DNA of 64,000 nt, taken from assembly GCF_963921235.1 (NCBI RefSeq), contig NC_086097.1:41914001-41978000 (forward strand). The letters run 5' to 3'. Each line of letters begins with the position of its first letter. The first letter of the stretch is position 1. Below, in pieces: positions 24,883 to 38,300 of this stretch. A model generated the notes under the pieces. That model ran no database searches and was not told the origin of the DNA. It worked only from the letters and a program-made list of their open reading frames with translations. A program made the position numbers and the translations under genes. The DNA is from Mobula hypostoma (lineage: Eukaryota).

Positions 24883-25798
24883 AAGGATGGGTTCCCACCA
24901 CCAAACACAGCTTTCTCTCTGCCCAACTTTCTGCTTTCCACAGAGGTCACACACGATGCAACGCACGTCCATTTGTCCCTCCCCACTTATCTCCCTCCTG
25001 GCACTTATCCTTGCAAGCGGAACAAGTGCTACACCTGCCGTTACACCTCCTCCCTCACTACCATTCAGGGCCCCAGACAGTCCTTCCAGGTGAGGCGACA
25101 CTTCACCTGTGAGTCTGTTGGGGTTATATACTGTATCCAGTGCTCGCAGTGTGGCTCCTGTCTATCAGTGAGCCCTGATGTAGATTGGAAGACAGCTTCG
25201 CCGAGCACCTACGCTCTGTCCACCAGAAGAAGCAGGATCTCCCAGTGGCCACCCATTTTAATTCCACTTCCCATTTCCATTCCAATACGTTAATCCTCTA
25301 CTGTCATGATGAGGCCATACTCAAGTTGGAGGAACAACACCTTATATTCCATCTGGGTAGCCTCCAATCTGATGGCATGATATTTCGAACTTCCAGTAAT
25401 GTCCCCCACCCCCTCCCTTCACCATCTCCCATCCCCTTTTCCCTCTCTCACCTTATCTCCTTGTCTGCTCACCACCTCCCTCTGGTGCTCCCCCCCACCC
25501 CGGCCCCTTTTCTTTCTTCCATGGTCTCTGTCCTCTCCTATCAGATTCCCCCTTCTCAAGCCCTGTATCTCTTTCACCAATCAACTTCCCAGCACTTTAC
25601 TACATCCCTCCCCCTCCCAGTTTCACCTATCATCTTGTGTTTCTCCCTCCCCTCCTCCCTCCACTTTTTAAGTCTATTTCTCATCTTTTTTTCTTTAGTC
25701 CTGCTGAAGTGTCTTGGACCGAAACGTCGACTGTACTCCTTTCCCATAGATGTTGCCTGGCCTGCTGAGTCCCTCCAGCCTTTTGTGTGTGTTGCTTG
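24883..25798 (+). mobile_element. PLE (Neptune-type) 3' part: Zn-knuckle linker, GIY-YIG and terminus
   Basis: YPCKRNKCYTC..FTCESVGVIYCIQCSQCG; FAEHL; LEEQHLIFHLG; HHR-like agtcCTGCTGA..GAAAcgtcgact at 25697-25732. Confidence 0.9.
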
Positions 25799-26024
25799 GT
25801 TTTTAAATGGTATTAGTTGTGTGTATTTGTGTTCAAAAAGCAGTGATTTTTGTCACTGATAGCTGGCAAGAAATAAGCAGTAAGACAATTCAGAACTGTT
25901 TTGCTCACTGCAGCTTCAAACATTCAGGCATGGAGATGCCAGACGTGGCCAGCAGCAAAAATGAAACAATTTTCACTAATTCAGTGAGGTAGCAACTACA
26001 AAGAATTTGAAAGTCATCTTGAAT

Positions 26025-26480
26025 GTGACCCTTGGTCCCCAACAGACACTCAGCCCTCACCAATGGCTCTTAAGTAGCTGTTTGCATGCAACCTAGGCCA
26101 CTCCCTGGTACACAGGCAGGCTAAACTAGGTGAGGGCAGCCCCAGCGGTTTTCAGACCCAGTAAGAAAGGGACACGCTAGACCCAACCTGAGAAGCCAGC
26201 TCCGGTGGACTGGGCAGATGAGATCTACTGTAAGATCCAACCGCCAGAAAGGTGGTTCTGCAATGCTACGTGGACAGCAAAGGGCATAATGAAGCACAGA
26301 AGTAGTCATGATCATCCACTGCAACCAGAGATGACCCAATTTGTGATGTACACTCATCCCGCTAGAACCAGGCTCCCAAGGTCAAGGGAGCAGAACTGTC
26401 TCAGTGTGAAGGCTTTTCCATTTTAAAATCTCTCCTGCAAAGGTTTCCTGTCATCATCGGATACAATGGACAGATATCAG
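26025..26480 (+). mobile_element. Probable RTE-related non-autonomous element
   Basis: GC-richer block interrupting the Tigger-like element, ending tttcctgtcatcatcggatac. Family call is from recall only. Confidence 0.4.
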
Positions 26481-26707
26481 TAGTATTAGTAGTGTTCTAA
26501 TATTTTCTGTATCTCATTGAAGTATATAATTTGTAACTCAGTTAAACAGTAGTTCATTTTTTTTATATCTTTTCACCTATATCCATGAAACTTCGGCTAA
26601 CTGGGGCCAAAATGTACTGGTCCTGATGTGTCCCAGTTAACCGGAATCCACTGTACCTTTGGGTTTCAGTAGTGATGCAGCAATAATTAAGTTTGGTAAA
26701 AGGCTTA

Positions 26708-27267
26708 CACTCAGGGCATTTGATTAGGTACTGGAGGGATCTAATAAAATAGCCACTGAATGTATGTTTATGGTCTTCTGTTGCTGTAGCACTGCAAGGC
26801 TGGAGGTGTTTTGCCTTCAGAGATGCTCTTCCACACACCACTGTTGTCAAGTAAGGTAACTTGAGTTACAGTCATCTTCGTGTAAGTTCAAACCAATCTG
26901 GCCATTCTTCTCTGACCTCTCATTAACAAGGCATTTTTGCCCACAGAACAGGCATTCACTGGTTTCTCTTTTGTTTTCGCACCATTCTTTTTAAATTTTG
27001 CAGGCTGTTGTGCATGAAAATCCCAGGAGATCAGCAGTTTCTAAGATAGTCAAACCACCCCAACTGGAACAAATAATCATTCCACGGTCAAAGTCACTTT
27101 GATAACATTTCTTTCCCATTCTCATGTTTGGACTGAACAACAACTCAACCTCTTGACCACATTGGCATGCCTTTTTTGCACTGAGTTACTGCCACATGAT
27201 TGGCTGATTAGATACTTGCACGAGCAAACAGGTGTACATGTGTACCTAATATAGTGGCCACTGAGTG
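26708..27267. mobile_element. Tc1/mariner-type non-autonomous element (MITE)
   Basis: TA flanks; TIRs cactcagggcatttgattaggtac and gtacctaatatagtggccactgagtg. Confidence 0.85.
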
Positions 27268-27496
27268 TATTTTGACGTATAATTGGAGTGAGTGCTCCTT
27301 TTGTCTATGCACTTTTCATTAGTCACAAGCAAATCACAAGGTAGGCTAACTAAATTAGCATACAGGTCGATGTTTGTTAAAGTGCAATTGTCTAGAATAT
27401 TTTGTGAACCTCAAGAAATGGCCTTGTACCTTAGCTGAATGTTCCCCTTGCGAGAAACAAAAATACCAAAGTGACATAATAACCTTTCAAACAATC

Positions 27497-30437
27497 AAAG
27501 AACATAGAACATAGAATAGTACAGCACAGTACAGGCCCTTTGGCCCATAATGTTGTGCCAATCATTAAACCCTGCCTCCCATATAACCCCACGACCTTAA
27601 ATTCTTCCATGTACCTGTCTAGTAGTCTCTTAAATTTCACTAGTGTATCTGCCTCCACCATTGACTCAGGCAGTGCATTCCATGCACCAACCACTCTCTG
27701 AGTAAAAAACCTTCCTCTAATATCCCCTTTCAACTTCCCACCCCTTACCTTAAAGTCATGTCCTCTTGTACTGAGCAGTGGTGCCCTGGGGAAGAGGTGC
27801 TGGCTGTCCACTCTATTTATTCCTCTTAATATCTTGTACACCTCTATCATGTCTCCTCTCATCCTCCTTCTCTCCAAAGAGTAAAGCCCTAGCTCTCTTA
27901 ATCTCGGATCACAAAGCATACTCTCTAAACCAGGCAGCATCCTGGTAAATCTACTCTGTACCCTTTCCAATGCTTCCACATCCTTTCTATAGTGAGATGA
28001 CCAGAACTGGACGCAGTACTCCAAGTATGGCCTAACCAGAGTATTATAGAGCTGCATCATTACATCGCGACTCTTAAACTCTATCCCTCGACTTATGAAA
28101 GCTAACACCCCATAAGTTTTCTTAATGACACTATCTACCTATGAGGCAACTTTCAGGGATCTGTGAACATGTACCACCAGATCCCTCTGCTCCTCCACAC
28201 TACCAAGTATCCTGCCATTTACTTTGTACTCTGCCTTGGAGTTTGTTCTTCCAAAGTATACCACCTCACACTTCTCTGAGTTGAACTCCATCTGCCACTT
28301 CTCAGCCCACTTCTGCATCCTATCAATGTCTCTCTGCAATCTTTGACAATCCTCTACACTATCTACAACACCACCAACCTTTGTGTCATCTGCAAACTTG
28401 CCAACCCACCCTTCTACCCCCACATCCAGGTCGTTAATAAAAATCACGAAAAGTAGAGGTCCCAGAACAGATCCTTGTGGGACACCACTAGTCACAACCT
28501 CCAATCCGAATGTACTCCCTCCACCATGACCCTCTGCTTTCTGCAGGCAAGCCAATTCTGAATTCACCTGGCCAAACTTCCCTGGATCCCAAGCCTTCTG
28601 ACTTTCTGAATAAGTCTAGCGTGTGGAACCTTGTCAAATGCCTTATTAAAATCCATGTAGATCACATCCACTGCACTACCCTCATCTATATGCCTGGTCA
28701 CCTCCTCAAAGAACTCTATCAGGCTTGTCAGACACGATCTGCCCTTCACAAAGCCATGCTGACTGTCCCTGATCAGACCATGATTCTCTAAATGCCCATA
28801 GATCCTATCTCTGAGAATCTTTTCCAACAGCTTTCCCACCACAGACGTAAGGCTCCCTGGTCTATAATTACCCAGACTATCCCTACTACCTTTTTTGAAC
28901 AAGGGGACAACATTTGCCTCCCTCCAATCCTCCGGTACCATTCCCGTGAATAACGAGGACATAAAGATCCTAGCCAGAGGCTCAGCAATCTCTTCCCTCG
29001 CCTCGTGGAGCAGCCTTGGGAATATTCCGTCAGGCCCCGGGGACTTATCCGTCCTAATGTATTTTATCAACTCCAACATCTCCTTTCCCTTAATATCAAC
29101 ATGCTCCAGAACATCAACCTCACTTATATTGTCCTCACCTTCATCAAGTTCCCTCTCATTGGTGAATACTGAAGAGAAGTATTCATTGAGGACCTCGCTC
29201 ACTTCCACAGCCTCCATGCACATCTTCCCACCTTTATCTCTGATCGGTTCTACCTTCACTCCTGTCATCCTTTTTATTCTTCACATAATTGAAGAATGCC
29301 TTGGGTTTTCTTTTACCCTACTAGCCATGGCCTTCTGATGCCCCCTTCTTGCTCTTCTCAGCCCCTTCTTAAGCTCCTTTCTTGCTACCCTATATTCCTC
29401 AATAGACCCATCTGATCCTTGCTTCCTAAACCTCATGTATGCTGCCTTCTTCCATCTGACTAGATCTTCACCTCACTTGTCACTTATGGTTCCTTCACCC
29501 TACCACTCTTTATCTTCCTCACCAGGACAAATTTATCCCTAACATCCTGCAAGAGATCCCTAAACATTGACCATAGTACATAGTACCATGTCCATAGTAC
29601 ATTTCCCTGCAAAAACATCATCCCAATTCACACCCGCAAGTTCTAGCCTTATAGCCTCATAATTTGCCCTTCCCCAATAAAAATTTTCCTGTTCTCTCTG
29701 ATTCTATCCTTTTCCATGATAATGTTAAAGGCCAGGGAGCAGTGGTCACTGTCCCCCAGATGCTCACCCACTGAGAGATCTGTGACCTGACCCGGTTCGT
29801 TACCTAATACTAGATCTAGTATGGCATTCCCCCTGGTAGGCCTGTCAACATACTGTGACAGGAATCCGTCCTGGGCACATTTAACAAACTCTGCCCTGTC
29901 TAAACCATTGGAACTAATCAGGTGCCAATCAATATTAGGAAAGTTAAAGTCACCCATAATAGCAACCCTGTTATTTTTGCACCTTTCCAAAATCTGCCTC
30001 CCAATCTGCTCCTCGGTATCTCTGCTGCTACCAAGGGGCCTGCAGAATACTCCCAATAGAGTAACTGCTCCCTTCCTGTTCCTGACTTCCACCCATACTG
30101 ACTCAAAAGAGGATCCTGCTACATTACCCACCCTTTCTGCAGCTGTAATAGTATCCCTGACCAGTAATACCACCCTTCCTCCCGTTTTTCCCCCCTCACT
30201 ATCCCTTTTAAAGCACCAAAATCCAGGAATATTGAGAATCCATTCCTGCCCTGGTGCCAGCCAAGTCTCTGTAGTGGCTACTACATCATAATTCCATGTA
30301 TGTATCTAAGCTCTCAGTTCATCACCCTTGTTCCTGATGCTTCTTGCATTGAAGTACAAGTACTTTAGCCCTTCTACCTTACTACCTTTACACCCTTTAT
30401 TCTGCTTCTCTTTCCTCAAAGCCTCTTTATATGTTAT
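27497..30437 (-). mobile_element. Young CR1 (HER1-like) LINE with near-complete but frameshifted ORF2 (APE endonuclease + RT)
   Basis: EN: NARSIRNK..TETWL, MGDFNFPNIDW, GDSDH. RT: KSPGPDGI, QHGFVKGRSCLTSL, DFNKAFDKVPH, GVPQGSVLGP, KFADDTK. Tail (ttctatg)n. Confidence 0.97.
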
Positions 30438-31902
30438 ATCAGCCACTGAGGAACACGAAGAACAGAACCTTCGTGGTTTCACCTATAATCTACTGCAAAC
30501 AATGAAGTAGATATGAGACACCTGTAGCAAATAAGGAATATATACTCTCCAGATGCTTATCTGTTTATTGATTTGAGATCCATTTGTTGCTCAAAATGCT
30601 CTAATAGAATACAAATGGTAAAACTAATCAATCTTTTACGGGCTTGTCAGTATTGAGTCTTAAAGAGAATGCAACCTTTTGTGTGTGGAGGCCTCATTTC
30701 TAATCTTGGGTCTCGCTGGGCATTTATGCAGTTTATTACTTGTCAGCTCAAATGCATGATAACAGATTATTGAAGTGTAAAGTGTTTTGGGCCTGAGGGC
30801 AGATTGCACATTTCGGAAAGATTGCGCTCTGTCATTTTGTAATCACGCCTTTGCAGAAAAATACAGCGGAGTGCTGCAATATATTTTTATTGTATTAACC
30901 TTACTTAGCACGAAGTACAATTTTATAAATTTTAATGACACTACTTTTATACAGTACTGTATATAAAGTTGCATCATTTTTTCTTGAAAGTCGAAGAAAC
31001 AAAGGGCTCCTACTACTTCTCTTATTTCCTCCAGAAAAGCCAAGAAATTTCTTTGTTCTTCACTGCCCCCACTGGTTGTCACTGGAAGCAAGAGCATAAA
31101 TTTGTCTGAGTATAATTTCCTTTTCAAACAATATATCAAATTCAAAACTCGATCCCATTTCTGCTAATGCCAAATATTTTGAAAACTTGGTTAAGGTTAT
31201 TAAATTTCATGTTGGAGACAGCAGCATTCGAAATACAATACATCACATATCAATACGTTATCACAAAACAACACAAGTATGTCCCAATGCAATATAATGC
31301 ACTGTAAAGTACGGCAACATATTATAACGCAATGCAACCCTGGCTGAAAAATTGTATGCACAGATGGTGAGCTCTGAGTATTCTTGCAAGCTGGTCCTCA
31401 CATCTCATAACAAAGAAGGTAGCATAATGGTGGGTGTCAGCGAATTTGAATTCAAGTCATTACCAATAAATCAATGTTATGCTAGAATCCAATATCAACC
31501 TTGGGTGTCTTATTAAGATATACCTTTACTCCTCTCTTATGTATGAACTATGAATGCTTTTTTTTGGTTACAATTAAATTGGCAGACATTCCATTTCTGA
31601 TTGAGTGTGCTCATGCTTCCCGGTGCCTCTCCGAAGCCTTAGAAAGTATGTGACACCATTGAAAAATGTATTGTTCATCCCAATTTAAGCTCACAGAATT
31701 CCCTAAGGAATGCAACGTGTTGTAAAGCAGTGTAATATCACCGGCAGATTGCACCTCAAGGATACAATGTGGACAAATGGGATATTGATTTTATTCTGTG
31801 TGCCTCAAATCTGCTATAGCATGGGCACTATAACTATCTATTCCCGAGGCATATGCTATTCTATATAACTTTGAGAACAGATATCTCAAAAATGCAAAAT
31901 GG

Positions 31903-31904
<2 letters not shown>

Positions 31905-31933
<29 letters not shown>
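31905..31933. repeat. (CA)n microsatellite
   Basis: Directly visible. Confidence 0.95.
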
Positions 31934-31936
<3 letters not shown>

Positions 31937-32049
31937 CAGGATGCACAACATGCCACTTAATTAGGTACATAGTAAAGCACCCATTGTGCGTCGATTCCAC
32001 CCTCATTCACCTCCCCTGCAATCCATAGGAAACTAACAAGCTCTCACTG

Positions 32050-34850
32050 CAAAACAAAATGCTGGAGGAATTCAGCAGGTCAGGCAGAATCTATGGAAAA
32101 GAATAAACAGTTGATGTTCTGGGCCGAGCCCCTTTTTTCAGGACTGGAAAGGAAGGGGGAAGACATCAGAATAAAACAGTGGGGGTAGGGGAAAGAAGCT
32201 AGCTGGAAGGTAATAGGTGAAGCCAGGTTGGTAGGAAAGGTTAAGGGCTGAAGAAGAAAGAATCTGATAGGAGAAGAGAATGGACCATAGGAGAAAGGGA
32301 AGGTGGAGGGGACCCAAGGGGAAATAATAGACAGGTGAGGAAAAATAAAAAGTCAAAAATTCATTTATTATCAAAGTATGCATGCAATATATATCTCTGA
32401 GATTTGTCTGCTCCAGATAGCCAGGAAACAAAGAGAACCATGGAGGTTAGTTCAAAGAGAAACGGGTAGCCCAACCCACCGCACAAAAATAGAATGGCAA
32501 CATGATCGCCAACCCCCAAACCCCACCTTTCCCACACAAATGCCAAGGAACAGCAACGCCAAAAGCCCCTCCCCTACACAAAAATAACAAAATGTAACAA
32601 GAACATCAACTCCTGCACAAAAAAAAGAGAAAGAAAAGGCAAAAACACAGAATATATAAACCTTAAGACTGAAAAGGTCAGAGTGGGGAATAGCAGAGGG
32701 GAGGTGGAATTTATTCACCAGAAGGGGGAATCGATGTTCACGCCATCAGGTTGGAGGCTACCCAGACAGAATGTAAGGTGTTGCTCCTCCACCCTGAGGG
32801 TGGCCTCATTGTGGTACAAGAGGAGGCTATGGACCAACACATTGGAATGAGAATAGGAATCTGAATTAAAATGTTGGCCACCAGGAATTCCGACTTGTGG
32901 CAGATGTTGCGGAGGTGCTCGACGATGCAGTCCCCCAATTTACAACAGGTCTCACCATTGTAGAGGAGGCCACATCAGGAGCACTGGACATGGTAGTTGA
33001 CCCTGGTGATGTGTTCCCTCAACTGGAAGGAATGTTTGAGGCCTTGAATGGAGCTGAGGGAGGAGGTGTATAGGCAGGGGTAACACTTAGGCCAATTGCA
33101 GGGATAAGTGCCTGCGGGAAGATTAGTGGGGAGGGACGAATGGACAAGGGAGTCATGGAGGAAGCAATCCCTGTGGAAAGCAGAGAGGGGGAGGTAAAGA
33201 TATCTTTAGTACTAGGACGCCTGTAGAGAAGGCGGAAGTTACAGAGGATAATGTGTTGGATGCGGAGGCTGATGGGGCGGTAGGCAAGGACAAGAGAGAC
33301 TCTATCACTGTTACGACAGTGGGAAGATGGGGAGAGTGCAGATATACGGGAAATGGAGGAGGTGCAGGTGAGGGCAGCATCAGTAGTAGAGGGAGGGAAA
33401 CCCCATTCGTTAAAGAAGGAGTACGTCTCAGATGTGCTGGAATAAAAAGCTGGTTCATGAGAGCAGATGGAAACGAAGAAACTGAGAAAAGGGAAGAGCA
33501 TTTCACCAGCAAGTAGGGTGGGAAAAGGTACACTTGAAATAACCTTGGGAATTAGTCGGCTTATAGAAGATGTCAGTCGGCAGGGACAGAGCCAGAGAGA
33601 TCAAGAAAGAGGAGGGAGCTGTCATAAATGGATCAAGTGAATTTAAGGGCAGGGTGGAAACGCTGATAACATCGACAAGCTCAGTATGGGTGCATGAAGT
33701 AGCAACAATGCAATCATCATTGTAGCAAAGGAAGAGTTGGGGAGTATAACCGGGGAAGACTACATAGCCAATGAATAGGCAGGCATAGCTGGGGCCCATG
33801 TGAATACCCATGGCTACACCCACCCACCCCACCAAGTTTGGAGAACGGGGGAGGAGCTGAAGTAAAAATTGTTCAGGGTGATGACAAGTTCCACCAGATG
33901 GAGGAGGGGAGTGGTGGAAGGGGATTGGTTAGATCTTTTGTCAAGAAAGAAGCAGAAAGCTTTGAGGCCTTCTTGATAGGGGATAGTAGTGCATAGGGAC
34001 TGAACGTCCATGGTAGAGATAAGACAGTCAGGGCCAGGGAACTGAAAGTGAGTGAGGAGATTGAGGGCATGAGAAATATCACCAATGTCAGTGGGAAGGT
34101 ACTGAACCAAAGGGGAGAGAATGGAATTGAGGTATGAGTTCAGTTGGGCAGGAGGAGGCAGAAGCAATAGGCCTACCTGGACAGTCCTGTTTGTGGATCT
34201 CGGGTAGGAGGTCAAAGTGAGCAGTGCGGGGTAAGAGAACTATGAGTTTGGTGACATGGTTGGGAGTTCTCCAGAGTGGATGTGGTCAGAGATGGTGTCC
34301 GAGATCAAAACTGGGATGAGAGTGGGGAAACAAGCTGGTGGTGTTAGAAGAGAGAGGAGGGTTGGGTGTTTAGGGAAGGTGGGGTGGGAGGATGATAGAG
34401 CTTCTGAGGACCCAAGAGGTGACGGGGGACCTAAGAGACCCAGGGTTGCAGAGCGGTGTGGAGGAAGGGGAGAGAGCGGTCCAGCAGCAGCGTATAAATT
34501 CTCTGCCTGGAGATGCCGGCAGTCGACGTCCAGACTGGAGCTGGAGCTAGAGGTTGTGCAGTGAGCAGTCAGAACATGTCTGCGGCCGTAGGAACCAGCA
34601 TTGTTGACAGTGGAATTCGGATTCTTGATCCACACGGGATCATTGGAACCAACACTGGCAGTAGTAGGGTTACCAGTCGGGAGGAGCCCAGAGCAGTCAG
34701 AGCTGGGGATGGAGTCAGAGAGATCAGTAATCTGGGGATGTCCAATGGAATTGAGGTCCAAGCAGAAGGCAGGGATCTTACTGCAAATGTACAGATCGCC
34801 ACCTTTGTTGCAGAAACTGGTCAGTATACATTTCACATGTAATGTGACTC
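32050..34850 (-). mobile_element. Longest PLE copy in the window (decayed RT + GIY-YIG + terminus), with nested insertion 32355-32675
   Basis: RT motifs STMDVQSLCTTIPYQEG, GVAMG..GPSYACLFIG, LCYNDDC, FYKPTNS; EN remnant GDCIVEHL; PLE terminus at 32050-32340. Confidence 0.9.
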
Positions 34851-34999
34851 TCAGGCTGACATTAACCACACACTTTAATGAACCCACCATAAATGATGTT
34901 GACAATCTTAACATTCAGAATTATGAAAAACATAACTCCATAAGAATTGAACAAATGTCCTGTAAACTCTGTCCTAATGGAAGATGGTAAGCAAATGGC

Positions 35000-35327
35000 T
35001 CAGGGACAACTTCAAACTTAACATTTTATACTCTGTGTTCTTCACCCATTTCTTTCTGCTTTGTTGTGCAAAAGGAGGCGGTTTGGGGGGGGTTGATATT
35101 CTTGTTCCATTCTGTGCGGGGGAGGGGTCCTGAGGCCGATGCTCTTGTTCTGTTTTGTGTGGGGAGGAGGGGGGTTGGGGGGGCTGATGATCAGAATGCC
35201 ATTCTTTTTTGTGCAGGGGGTGGGTTTGATACTTTTCTCTTTGTTTCGTGGCTATCTGGAGAAGACAAGTCTCAGAGTTGTATATGGATACATACATTGA
35301 TAATAAATAAACCTTCGAACCTTTGAA
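35000..35327 (+). mobile_element. 3' fragment of the same non-autonomous family as 32355-32675
   Basis: ggctatctggagaagacaagtctcagagttgtatat..gataataaa..ttcgaacctttgaac. Confidence 0.65.
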
Positions 35328-38300
35328 CACCAAGTTATTGGGATCACCATGCCCAATCCAGACCAGATGCTTTTGAGTCATCAGATCAGATCAATACTTT
35401 CAAACCCTCAGAGAATCAGAATTCCCAATTAATACACTGCTCATAAATTATTTTTTATCAAAAATATTTTATCCCTTTCATTTCAAAGCAATTAAGTCTA
35501 ATCTCCTAACAGGTCTTTCTTTGCAGATAGTTGCATATTCTCTCAGCTCCACCTACTGTTCTGAATTATATTTCATTGAAAACAATAAAACCAATCTTAG
35601 TAACATCTTAATTAATTTAATTTCTTAAAGTTAATTTCTAATACTTCTGGCAATGACATAAAGACAGAAATTCATGATACTGCTTTTATACGTCTGAACC
35701 TTTCAGGTCTCCTCTGCCTTCTTGAACTGTAGTTTCTCCACTTCTCTCTCAGTAGACATCTGATCATTGATGTTTGCCAGTTTCATTTCTCTACCCCAAG
35801 TAAACTCAAGTTAAAAAATACATAATTCAGCTGTTCGGAGTAGGCACGAGACATTTTTAAAAAGTTATCGGATTGTTTCTGATGTCCTACATTATGAAGA
35901 TGATGATTGTGCTTGCATTTGTGGGGAGACATCATTGTCTTTTGTTAAACTGGTTATATGCTTGTGAGAAAGGGAAATATTCACCATTGCTATCAGCTGG
36001 GGATGTCTTCTCCTCCTAACCACGCATGTGATGAGCAGAAATCATCCCCCGTTCATGTAGAGGGGATGGAGAGTGAATGGGATATGACTCACTGGATTCT
36101 ATTCAGGTGAATATATTCAGTGAAGTAAACGTCAGGCAAAAGCCAGAGGCAGCGCCCACTGACTTTTTTTGGAGGGCAATTTTAAACAGCTGCACACAAT
36201 AGCTAAACATGTACTTTACCTACGTAGGTCTGTAATATGGTTAATAATTTTGACGACAAAGAATAATCCTCTGCTTCCTCCCACTGCACATGCATCTGGG
36301 CACTGTTGGTGTATAGATTATGTTAAGAAAGAAACTAATTCTCAGCTGTTCAGATTCAGAGGGAAGACGGAAGGATTTTCTATTGTTGGATGGAATGTGT
36401 GCATTAAAGATGAATCACTTTCCGAGATCAGAATTATGCTTGTTCTTAATAAAGACGAACAGTGTGGGTAAACGTTCGAACATTTTATTTACAAAAGCAG
36501 CTTCTGCCCCACACTGAGTGTTTGCCACCAGCTCACCATTGTCACTTCCTGTTCGGGGATGAATGGCCAGCATTGCCCACTGGGAAATGAAGTTCTTCAT
36601 TAAGTACACACATGACACATGAGTTATGAGGTCAAGCAGTGTCTCTGCCCTCAAGAGGATTGTCTGCTAATCTGAGGAGATGTGCTTCAGCTCTAATAAT
36701 GAGTAAATAATACCTTGTTTTATCCTCTGATGTAATGGGGAGAGAAGTTGTTGAGAAGGGAGAATAAAACACTGTTGGTCAGACACTGTTACTTAATAAT
36801 TTCAGTGTGAGCATCACCTTATGGTTCAATGTTCAAGAGATATGAGTAGATGCTAAATTTAGATTTTACTGCAAAGTTATGGCCAGCTGTAAAACCACCT
36901 GAATAGCTGGAAAACAAAATCTCCGGTGCCTTTAAATTTTGCCTTTATAAAGAGCACGGAGATGCATGCTGCCTTGTTTTGTTTGCCCACAGATAATGAG
37001 CTTTGCCATATGGCATCCAGAATGTTCGCCAGAGCTCTAATTAATGTGCTCAATTTTCCATCTAAACAGATTCTGAAATTGAAAAATTAAATAAATCTTA
37101 ACAGGTCAGGAAGGTTGCATTTTCAAATTCTCTTCTGTCACTTTAAATAGCTGTTAATTAGATTAATAGCCATATATATCACATGCTACAAATTATGATT
37201 CCTTTTTTAAGGATTCTCCTTTACAACATTCTTTATTACTACTGTATTCAGAAAATTTAATGATAGAGAAATTTAAGAAATAATTTAGAGAAAAATAATT
37301 CTGTTGAAGTATCCCTACGCCCCTGCAGTGAATAATTCATATTATCCCACTGTTGCACATTGCAGAGGGCTGGGGATTTATTTTTATTTCTAGACGCTGA
37401 TTTTATTTCTCTAGTTGTCCCACACTTCACTCCTTGACCAAATGCTAAGCTGTTACATTATATATTGTGGCACTATTGTGCAGATATGTAATGTCTGATC
37501 TGAATGGATTAAAAGAAGAGACCAAGGAGTCTGCTACCAACATGTTAGGTTCTGTCATGTAGTCCAAAAGCATCTGTGTAAATGAAGAATAATCAACGAT
37601 GATCACCACTGATTAGAGCTCGAGCTGCTCCTGATGGTCACTGTCTCAGCTGATTTTACATGTTGGCATCACAATACTAATAGCACATCACTATTCTTCT
37701 GTGATAATTGGTTGAGATGCTACAAATACTGGCTCATGTTAATCAATAATCATAATTAATAATTGATTGATTAAAGTAATTATTCAAAACATTAGTGCTG
37801 GGTTGAACTTTGTCATGCTTGCTTCTCTAAATAATTAACGGTTGTCTATGGTCAAAAAGCTCTGTGATTTCCATTAGTTGTTTCCCCTATTTTCAGCAAA
37901 GAAAAAGAAAAAGAGAGGCAGCATTGATATTTTATGAAGAGGGCAAGAAAGTAGCGAGTCCAGTAAATGACAGTAAAGTTCATCAGACCCTTAACCTTAT
38001 GACAGAAACTAAACTAAATCTATCCTTACACATCACTTGAGAGGACAGGGAAAGCAGGTGCTGGACCTGAAGGCTGCTGGTTAAACTGATGTGGACCTGG
38101 GAGACACTTCAATACAATCACAATATTAGCTGAAGTTCATGTCACTCCATTGGCCCAGCCATCTCTGCTGAAGAGCCTGAAGAGTGTGGCACGTAGTAAC
38201 ATGCTGGTTACCTGAGCTATTATTATAATAGCAAATGCGCCATACATGTGATTCTGAAATCCAGGCAACGAGGTTAGAGTGAGGAGCCATTTCAGAGACT

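Larger units (their letters stand above)
24662..26653 (+). mobile_element. Tigger/pogo-like DNA transposon derivative with two nested insertions
   Basis: TA-flanked imperfect TIRs caatggttttcagttaattggac and gtcccagttaaccggaatccactg. Peptide DSWQEISSKTIQNCFAHCSF resembles a Tigger transposase C-terminus. Confidence 0.75.

Noticed and set aside
37897..37937. Plus-strand acceptor followed by AKKKKKRGSIDIL*
   Set aside because: Too short and A-rich; cannot be told from chance.
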